From an uncultured archaeon (lineage in GTDB: Archaea; Asgardarchaeota; Jordiarchaeia; Jordiarchaeales; Jordiarchaeaceae), in the NCBI GenBank assembly GCA_964510585.1, contig CAZECW010000183.1:1-6428 (forward strand): a stretch of 6,428 bases of DNA, read 5' to 3'. The translations under genes and the position numbers were made by a program. Below the pieces are notes generated by a model. It searched no databases. It was not told where the DNA came from and saw only the letters and a list, made by a program, of their open reading frames with translations. Of this stretch, positions 1-6,097 are shown one piece after another. The first letter of the stretch is position 1. Each line of letters opens with the position of its first letter.

Positions 1-152
1 GCACCCTCATGGGGGCTGCGTCTTGTTTAGCCTCTTAAGCCCAAGCCAAACCCTTCAGCTACCAACAACTATTTATATACCCTACTTTCAAATAAACTTT
101 TTGGCGATTCATCCCCACGACTTGAAGTCGGGGGCTTTCTCGCCAAGGTTTT
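1..152 (-). mobile_element. Left end of an IS200/IS605-family (IS608-like) element or non-autonomous derivative, minus orientation, truncated by the window start
   Basis: The minus strand reads TTAC(156-153)|AAAACCTTGGCGAG-AAAG(138-135)-CCCCCGAC-TTCAA-GTCGTGGGG(hairpin 134-113)-ATGAATCGCCAA. This is the TTAC target / AAAG guide / bulged hairpin layout known for the IS608 left end. A second copy lies at 6293-6428. No transposase ORF is visible. Confidence 0.8.
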
Positions 153-156
153 GTAA
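16..156 (+). repeat. 141-bp copy of the long inverted repeat pair (partner 6289..6428)
   Basis: Base-by-base comparison with the reverse complement of 6289..6428 shows identity except at position 82 (C vs A), position 101 (T vs C) and the hairpin loop (TTGAA vs TAAA, including a 1-nt indel). Confidence 0.97.
63..79 (+). promoter_or_regulatory. Candidate BRE/TATA inside the IS end, facing outward toward the host genes (mirror copy at 6381..6365 on -)
   Basis: CAACAACT-A-TTTATATA: an A-rich BRE-like stretch followed by a consensus-like archaeal TATA box. Sequence match only. Confidence 0.35.
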
Positions 157-158
157 AC

Positions 159-166
159 TTATAAAT
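159..166 (+). promoter_or_regulatory. Candidate host TATA box for the first GGR gene
   Basis: TTATAAAT about 63 nt upstream of ATG229. It lies 2 nt from the TTAC insertion site, so its BRE position overlaps the IS junction. Confidence 0.4.
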
Positions 167-228
167 TAGATGGGAAATTCATTCTAGTAACTTTTCAAGT
201 ACAGTCTGAAATTTGTGGAGCGGTTTTG

Positions 229-1452
229 ATGGCTCGTAAATATGATGTGGTTGTTGTGGGTGCTGGTCCTGCTGGAAGTATGGCGGCCATGAAGGCTGCA
301 GAAAATGGGGCGAAAACCCTTATTTTAGAGAAGCACCGCCTTCCAAGGTTTAAACTCTGCGGTGGTGGAATAGCAAACTGGGTAGTTAGACACTTGAAGG
401 TACCTGAAGAGGTTCTGGAGAGGCAGTACCGGGTTTTATCCTTCTTTACCCCACCAAGTTATGAACGCCACGACATAAACCTGGGCGGATTGGGATATTT
501 TGGCGTTTACCGGAGCGCATTAGACTACTATCTCACCAAATTAGCGTTGGAAAAAGGTGCAGAGCTAAAAGAGAACACCTATGTTAACGGTGTGATTAAG
601 AGGGAGGGATACGTTAAAGGGGTCACCACCAAGGCGGGTGAGAAGTTTGAGGGTGACGTGGTGATTGCCTGTGATGGTGCTCTCTCAACTATTGCGAGGA
701 AGTGTGGAATGTGGGATGTTTGGTTTAAGGAGAAGGGTGAAACTTGGAAGGATCAGATGGTCTTTTGTTTAGGTATGGAGGTGAGGCTGGGGGAGAAGAC
801 GATTACCGAGCGTTTTGGCGACAGCTACATGATTTTCACGGGCCGCGACATTGCCCCCATGGGATATGCCTGGATTTTTCCAAAACGGGAGAACGTTTCT
901 GTTGGCTTAGGCTCTATGGCTAAAACCCTTGAGAAGAAACCCACTGATTACATGAATCACTTCATAAAGAATAACCCCATAGCCTCAAAGCTACTGGAGG
1001 GCGGAGAAGTCATCCTGCAGAAGGGAGCCTGGATTCCCATAAGGAACGCCTACAAGCCAAGCTACGATTCAGGATTACTGGTCGCAGGAGACGCTGCAGG
1101 CATGGTTTCACCCATCACCGGTGAGGGTGTTTATTATGCGGTGAGGGCGGGAATGGACGCAGGGATTACTGCCGCTGAAGCCGTAAACAATGGCGATTTC
1201 TCCGCCGAGTTCCTATCCTTATATCAGGAGAGATGGGTAAAATCTGTGGGCAACATTTTGGATTTCCAAGACCAGATTTTTAAGAATACCGTGGGAAAAA
1301 TCCTATCCTTGAAGGACGAAAAAGAGAAGGATGAACAGTACGAGAAGGGCTTCGTGGAAGCCTTTAACATATTTGTGTCCGTAATTGAGAAATACGCTCA
1401 GCAGAAAAAAGAAACACCAAAAACCACAACAACATCTCAGAAAAAATCTTAA
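229..1452 (+). CDS. Geranylgeranyl reductase family FAD-dependent oxidoreductase (paralogue 1)
   Basis: Motifs: Rossmann DVVVVGAGPAG; EK..PRFKLCGGG; GVYRSALD; VIACDG; PMGYAWIFP (GGR PxxYxWxFP); SVGLG; AGDAAGMVSPITGEG. ATG229 is preferred over TTG226 (GGAG at 217-220; aligns with ATG2739 of the paralogue). The substrate is not determinable from sequence. Confidence 0.92.
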   Translation: MARKYDVVVVGAGPAGSMAAMKAAENGAKTLILEKHRLPRFKLCGGGIANWVVRHLKVPEEVLERQYRVLSFFTPPSYERHDINLGGLGYFGVYRSALDYYLTKLALEKGAELKENTYVNGVIKREGYVKGVTTKAGEKFEGDVVIACDGALSTIARKCGMWDVWFKEKGETWKDQMVFCLGMEVRLGEKTITERFGDSYMIFTGRDIAPMGYAWIFPKRENVSVGLGSMAKTLEKKPTDYMNHFIKNNPIASKLLEGGEVILQKGAWIPIRNAYKPSYDSGLLVAGDAAGMVSPITGEGVYYAVRAGMDAGITAAEAVNNGDFSAEFLSLYQERWVKSVGNILDFQDQIFKNTVGKILSLKDEKEKDEQYEKGFVEAFNIFVSVIEKYAQQKKETPKTTTTSQKKS

Positions 1453-1515
1453 AAAAGGATAGCTAGGCCACCGCACCAACAACTTTTACTAAAACAAATT
1501 TGGTTTGAAACCCTA

Positions 1516-2700
1516 ATGTGGAGGATTCAAAAATTGAGTTGGGAGCAAGTTCAAAAATATCTTAAAGAAGACGAAGTAATCAGTTTAACTCAGGAACTCG
1601 TGAAAATACCCAGCTCTAAGGATGTGAAGGGTGGAGAAAGAAAGGTAGCTGAAGCCTTAGCATCCTTCTTTGAAAAGCATGGAATACCCTCAGAAATCCA
1701 GAGGGTAGGCTTGGGGGCAAACATAATAGCTCAAATAGGGGATCCAGACGCTGGCCCCACACTTATGCTCAATGGACATCTGGACACGGTGCTTGCTACA
1801 AACATGACCATACCGCCCTACGAACCCGTGATAAGGGGAGGAAAACTTTATGGTAGGGGCTCATGTGACATGAAGGGGGGTCTTGCAGCCATGGCAGCTG
1901 CACTATCAGCGCTTCACGAAGCAGGAGTGGAACTTAAGGGAAGCCTACTCTACACTGGTGTTTCAGGGGAGGAGACTGGAAGCGCAGGAGCAAGGAGAAT
2001 AGTAGAGCGTGGGCCAGCCTCGGACTGCGCCATTGTTGGAGAACCCACCAGTCTCGTAATCACATATGGAGGCTACGGGATTACCTTTGCCACCATAAAT
2101 GTTAGGGGGAAGGCTGCTCACGGAAGCACTCCCCACGAGGGAATAAACGCCATAGAGAAGGCTGCTAAAATAATTATTAGAATGCGGGAGAAACTTCCCA
2201 AAATTTTTGGGGAGAGGGCTGACCCAGTGGTGGGGCCTCCAACATATAATGTGGGTATTATAAAGAGTGGAACTCAACCTAATATAGTTCCCGACAAGTG
2301 TACCTTAGTTATAGATAGGGAAGTGGTTCCCGGGGAAACCTTGGAGCAGATTATAGCTGATTTCCAAGGAATAATTGACGAACTAAAGGAAGAGGATCCA
2401 GAGTTGGATGCTACCGTCACTGTGCCAGCGGTTGACCTTCAACCCCTGAAAACCTCCCTAGATCACCCCTTCATTAAACATTTGGCACAAGCCACACAAC
2501 AAGTCTTGGGAAGAGTGGAGTATACTGGGAGAAGTGGAAGCACAGACGCCGCAATATTCTCAGAGGCAGGAATTCCAAGCGTAATTTTCGGGCCTGGAGA
2601 AATAAAGGTTGCCCACTCAGAAGCAGAATACGTTGAAGTGGGGCAAGTGGTAAACGCCGCAAAGATATATACCCTTACAGCTTTAAACTACCTAACCTAA
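1516..2700 (+). CDS. M20A family metallo-amidohydrolase (ArgE/DapE-like deacylase)
   Basis: Motifs: LNGHLDTV, LYGRGSCDMKGG, GEETG, IVGEPT, GKAAHGSTP..GINAI, GTQPNIVPD, GSTDA, FGPG...AHSEAEYV, which together give the full M20 metal-ligand set. The start may instead be TTG1534 (GGAGG at 1520-1524, 9 nt upstream). Confidence 0.92.
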   Translation: MWRIQKLSWEQVQKYLKEDEVISLTQELVKIPSSKDVKGGERKVAEALASFFEKHGIPSEIQRVGLGANIIAQIGDPDAGPTLMLNGHLDTVLATNMTIPPYEPVIRGGKLYGRGSCDMKGGLAAMAAALSALHEAGVELKGSLLYTGVSGEETGSAGARRIVERGPASDCAIVGEPTSLVITYGGYGITFATINVRGKAAHGSTPHEGINAIEKAAKIIIRMREKLPKIFGERADPVVGPPTYNVGIIKSGTQPNIVPDKCTLVIDREVVPGETLEQIIADFQGIIDELKEEDPELDATVTVPAVDLQPLKTSLDHPFIKHLAQATQQVLGRVEYTGRSGSTDAAIFSEAGIPSVIFGPGEIKVAHSEAEYVEVGQVVNAAKIYTLTALNYLT

Positions 2701-2738
2701 GTCTGCTGGAAAACTATCAGGGAGATCAGGTGGTGGGT

Positions 2739-3929
2739 ATGGTTCAGAAATATGATGTGGTTGTTGTGGGTGCTGGTCCCGCTGGGAGTATGGCGGCTAT
2801 GAAGGCTGCGGAGGGTGGAGCTGATACCCTCATTGTGGAGAAACAGAGGTTGCCTCGATTCAAGCTTTGTGGGGGTAACGTGGCTAACTGGGTGGTTCTC
2901 AAACTCAATATTCCCCAGAACGTTTTGGATAGAAAATATACTTCAATCATTTTTTGTACTCCGCCTAAGTATGAGAAGCAAACTTTTGCGGTTCCTGGTG
3001 CCTACTGGGGGGTTTACCGAGACCGATTTGACTATCACCTTGCAAAGATGGCTATCGGGGCGGGAGCAGAGTTAAAAGAAGGCGTCCATATCAATGACGT
3101 TATTATGGAGGGGCGGAGCGTTAAGGGAGTGGTTACAAATGAGGGGGAGAAAATTTTTGCCGATGTGGTTATCGCCTGTGATGGGGCTTACTCGAGGATA
3201 GCGAAAAAATGTGGTTTTTGGGACAAGTGGTTTAAGGAAAGGGGGGAGACTTGGCTTGATAACATGGGTTTCTGTATGGGTGTAGAAATGAAGATGGACA
3301 ACGATACTATTGAGGAGCGGTTCGGAGACTCATACGTGATTTTTACTGGCAAAGAGATAGCTCCCCTGGGGTATGGCTGGATTTTTCCCAAGGATGGTAT
3401 GCTTTCTGTGGGTGTGGGTTCGGCGGCGGGTATGATGAATAGAAAGCCCTCAGAGTATTTGGAATATTTTATGAGGCACCCCGCTGCGGCTCAGTTTCTG
3501 GAGGGTGGCAGGGTGATATTGAGTCGGGGTGCTTTTGTGCCCTATAGGCGTTTCTTCACTCCTAGCTATTCTTCGGGCATCTTGGTGGCTGGGGATGCTG
3601 CGGGTATGGTTTCACCAGTAACTGGGGAGGGTATTTTTTTCGCGGTGAGGGCAGGTATGGATGCTGGTACAACTGCGGCTGAAGCTGTGCAGAGTAAAGA
3701 TTTTTCCGCCGGTTTTCTCTCTAGGTATGAGGAGAGATGGATGAATTCTATTGGTCACAATTTGGGATTCCAAGCCCAAGTTTTTGAGGAAACGATCGGA
3801 AAAATTCTAAAAATGGAGGATAAGCTGGTTCAAAAGGAGCAGTACGAGAAAGGCGTGATTGAAGCCTTCCTAAAATATATAGCCTATGTGGCAGAGTACT
3901 CTACAAGGAAATCGAAAAAGACACCCTAG
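2739..3929 (+). CDS. Geranylgeranyl reductase family FAD-dependent oxidoreductase (paralogue 2)
   Basis: Motifs: DVVVVGAGPAG, PRFKLCGGN, GVYRDRFD (RxxFD), VIACDG, PLGYGWIFP, AGDAAGMVSPVTGEG. Roughly 55-60% amino-acid identity to 229..1452 by hand alignment. ATG2739 has AGGTG at 2728-2732 upstream. Confidence 0.92.
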   Translation: MVQKYDVVVVGAGPAGSMAAMKAAEGGADTLIVEKQRLPRFKLCGGNVANWVVLKLNIPQNVLDRKYTSIIFCTPPKYEKQTFAVPGAYWGVYRDRFDYHLAKMAIGAGAELKEGVHINDVIMEGRSVKGVVTNEGEKIFADVVIACDGAYSRIAKKCGFWDKWFKERGETWLDNMGFCMGVEMKMDNDTIEERFGDSYVIFTGKEIAPLGYGWIFPKDGMLSVGVGSAAGMMNRKPSEYLEYFMRHPAAAQFLEGGRVILSRGAFVPYRRFFTPSYSSGILVAGDAAGMVSPVTGEGIFFAVRAGMDAGTTAAEAVQSKDFSAGFLSRYEERWMNSIGHNLGFQAQVFEETIGKILKMEDKLVQKEQYEKGVIEAFLKYIAYVAEYSTRKSKKTP

Positions 3930-3938
3930 CACCATTCC

Positions 3939-3948
3939 AAAAACAAAA
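3939..3948 (-). terminator. Possible oligo-U archaeal terminator for the minus-strand HAD gene
   Basis: TTTTGTTTTT on the minus strand about 35 nt past the stop, within the 53-bp convergent gap. Confidence 0.3.
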
Positions 3949-3982
3949 CTATTCCCACAATTGGCGGAACATCTCTCGGTTT

Positions 3983-4651
3983 TTAATCCTCTACGATGAG
4001 GTAGGGGAGTATTTCTCTCATATCCTTCAAATTTAGGACAATTTTAGCATGTTTTTTGAGGGCTTCTGATGGGTTTACTGCTATGCTGTATTTTGCCTTC
4101 GTAAACATGGGTATGTCCATTTCATCGTTGCCGATGACTGCGCATTCTGAGGGGTCTAGGCCTGCTTCTTGGGCCACTTTTAGGAATAGTTCTGCTTTTT
4201 TCACAGCGTCCACTGGTGGAGCTGTAAGCCTGCCAGTAAATTTGCCATCCACAACCTCTGCAGAGTGGCTGTAAACATAATCTAGTCCCAATTTTTGCTT
4301 AATGGCTTGAAGTGCGGTGTTGCTGCCACCACAACTTATAAGGGCAACTATGTATCCCGCCTCCTTCAGTTTTTGAATTGTTTCCTCTGCTCCCACCCTT
4401 AGCTTGAGTTCCCTCATCAGTTTTAGGGCTATCTCAACCTCCACACCCTCCCAATACTTTGCAGAGTTAATTATGGCTTCCTCAAAGGAAATCTTCCTAG
4501 CTCTCAAATCTTTAAGAATTCTTCCGACCTCATTCTGTATTCCCAAACTTTTTGCCAATTCTACGCTGTGGCTGTCTCCATCGTATAAAACTCCGTCAAA
4601 GTCAAAAACCACCATTCGCAACTCTTTTCCCTCAAATTGGATTCTCCTCAT
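3983..4651 (-). CDS. HAD-superfamily phosphatase, SerB/HAD-IB-like, substrate uncertain
   Basis: Motif I VVFDFDGVL; cap-like ISFEEAI; LRVGAEETIQKLKEAGY; motif II ALISCGG; DYVYSH...DGKFTG; motif III Lys (AVKK); motif IV GNDEMD; terminal IAVNP. ATG4651 is preferred because a perfect GGAGGTG (4664-4658) lies 6 nt upstream, inside the longer ORF's first codons. Confidence 0.85.
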   Translation of the reverse strand: MRRIQFEGKELRMVVFDFDGVLYDGDSHSVELAKSLGIQNEVGRILKDLRARKISFEEAIINSAKYWEGVEVEIALKLMRELKLRVGAEETIQKLKEAGYIVALISCGGSNTALQAIKQKLGLDYVYSHSAEVVDGKFTGRLTAPPVDAVKKAELFLKVAQEAGLDPSECAVIGNDEMDIPMFTKAKYSIAVNPSEALKKHAKIVLNLKDMREILPYLIVED

Positions 4652-4697
4652 CGGAGACACCTCCATTTCACCTTACTTCCAAACAAATACTAACAAC

Positions 4698-4712
4698 TAA
4701 TTAAATTTGTCC
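4698..4712 (-). promoter_or_regulatory. Candidate BRE/TATA for the HAD gene
   Basis: The minus strand reads GGACAAA-TTTAATTA about 47 nt upstream of ATG4651. Confidence 0.4.
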
Positions 4713-4720
4713 CTAAACCA

Positions 4721-4735
4721 TTACAACAATTGTAA
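4721..4735. promoter_or_regulatory. Perfect inverted repeat TTACAA-N3-TTGTAA, candidate transcription-factor operator
   Basis: A 6+6 bp perfect dyad about 15 nt upstream of the candidate TATA box of the HAD gene. Confidence 0.35.
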
Positions 4736-4993
4736 CCCTTTTTCCTTCACGCTCAAGGAATACCCATAAAATTGGTTAACCTATCTTTAACACTGAATAG
4801 CGTTGATAGTTGCGCCTTCTACCCAATAGCTTTGGGAGCTATAGGCAATAAAACTTAACGAGCTCAAAAACCAGAAGGAGTAAGAGCGACAGATGGGCAA
4901 CGAAAAAGTTATTTTCTCGAGGAAATAAGGGTTGGAAGAGTTAAAAGCATATTTTATGTGGTGGCTTTTTCAGGTCTTCTGTTTTCTCTAGTT

Positions 4994-5545
4994 TTAGGAT
5001 TTTGATTTTGATATTGGGATGCCTGCGTCTTCTAGCATTTCGATTTGGAATCCGTACCACCAGTCTGGCACTTGTAGAATATCCTTTTCGCTTATTTTTT
5101 CAAAGAGTTTTGCCTCTTGCACTTCTCTTCCGGGTTTCAATTTTCCGCCCATTGCCCTAGTAGAAAAGGCGATGAGCTTTGCGTCTGCTTGCTGCCCTTG
5201 GTTTAAGAAGCGGAAAATGTAAACTCCCAAAAGCTTCTCCACCTTGACCTCTAAGCCCAGTTCCTCCCTTATTTCCCTAATAACTGCTTCCTCGTAACTC
5301 TCGTGAGATTCTGGTTTTCCCCCGGCAAGAATCCAACCATCCATAATCATGGGCATACCATAAGCATCTCTAACAACCACTGGTTTTTTAATCATTACCA
5401 CTCCTACACCCATCTTAACTACGGCGACAACCCTTACCCATTCTTCATTTTTAAAATAGTCAAAGATGGATCTCACCACTGGTATTTCCACAACTCTTTT
5501 TCTAGCATTTTTGTAACGGGATAGAAGCGACTCCAGCGACTCCAT
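4994..5545 (-). CDS. Nudix hydrolase
   Basis: Perfect Nudix box G-KPESH-E-SYEEAVI-RE-I-R-EE-L-G-L, preceded by WILAGG and followed by VKVEKLLGVY. ATG5545 (GTGGTGGGC upstream) is preferred over TTG5578. Confidence 0.9.
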   Translation of the reverse strand: MESLESLLSRYKNARKRVVEIPVVRSIFDYFKNEEWVRVVAVVKMGVGVVMIKKPVVVRDAYGMPMIMDGWILAGGKPESHESYEEAVIREIREELGLEVKVEKLLGVYIFRFLNQGQQADAKLIAFSTRAMGGKLKPGREVQEAKLFEKISEKDILQVPDWWYGFQIEMLEDAGIPISKSKS

Positions 5546-5605
5546 GCCCACCACTAATCCAAAAAAATTCGAATACAACAGTATAATTACTCCGTAAAAA
5601 TTTTA

Positions 5606-6097
5606 TCACTCATCTCTACTCTTTTTGCCCACATATTTTTCTGATTTTGGGCCATACTCTCTAATTACTCTTCGATATAGTGCAAAAGCGGCGAATGCGA
5701 AGAATATAATAATCGTTATTAAGGTCCAGGTCAGATTGGCAAACTTTAACAATGTTATTCCGAAACCCATAGAGTAACCTGTGGGCAGCCTAATGTAATT
5801 TTTGCTCTCCCTGCCAAAAACACTCTGCGTCCACCAATCAACCATGGTGGGCAATGCCAGAACAATCGCCAAAAACAGACTCAAATACTCGCCCAAATTC
5901 GGGATAACTGAAAAATAAAGTAAAACTAAGCCGGTAACAAATCCAAGAGTAAGACCTGTACACCGAGCACAGAGACGAATTTCCCTGCCAAAAATCTTCA
6001 AACTAATTGTTCTATCGAGATGCTCCTCCGTATGGTGTGACAATAAGTAAAGCAGAGCCTTCTTTAAATCCTCTTTTAAATCCTCTTTACTGACCAT
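5606..6097 (-). CDS. DUF2085-type membrane protein with His/CxxC motif
   Basis: LLSHH...RT...LCARCTG..LG, P..VDWWTQ..FGRESKNYIRLPTG...GFG, plus several hydrophobic segments, as remembered for DUF2085. ATG6097 has GGTGG upstream. The 64 upstream codons in the ORF track look non-coding. Confidence 0.8.
   Translation of the reverse strand: MVSKEDLKEDLKKALLYLLSHHTEEHLDRTISLKIFGREIRLCARCTGLTLGFVTGLVLLYFSVIPNLGEYLSLFLAIVLALPTMVDWWTQSVFGRESKNYIRLPTGYSMGFGITLLKFANLTWTLITIIIFFAFAAFALYRRVIREYGPKSEKYVGKKSRDE

Noticed and set aside
113-134. Rho-independent terminator, REP or CRISPR repeat interpretation of the GC hairpin
   Set aside because: There is no U-tract positioned after a gene, only two copies are present with no spacers, and the TTAC/AAAG context explains it as an IS end.
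1475-1491. ACCAACAACT shared with the IS interior (61-70), followed by TTTTACTA
   Set aside because: A 10-nt match in A/C-rich DNA is expected by chance. At most it is a weak BRE/TATA for the M20 gene.
1516-2700. Assigning argE, dapE or lysK
   Set aside because: The family motifs are shared across M20A members, and there are no neighbouring Arg/Lys biosynthesis genes to support a specific call.
1963-3391. Shadow ORFs 1963..2277(-), 2474..2662(-), 2744..2950(-), 2815..3075(+), 3188..3391(-)
   Set aside because: They lie entirely within well-supported M20 or GGR genes, on the antisense strand or in an alternative frame, and have no motifs.
3983-4651. Assigning gene symbol serB
   Set aside because: Motifs I and IV and the cap residues deviate from canonical phosphoserine phosphatase.
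4893-4928. 11-aa micro-ORF MGNEKVIFSRK with AGGAG at 4876-4880
   Set aside because: The spacing from the ribosome-binding site is long (12 nt), the ORF is very short and nothing else supports it. It would need ribosome profiling or conservation evidence.
4056-5524. Shadow ORFs 4056..4274, 4404..4700, 5019..5222, 5303..5524 (all +)
   Set aside because: They are antisense to the HAD and Nudix genes, with Ser/Phe-rich composition typical of reverse-strand translation.
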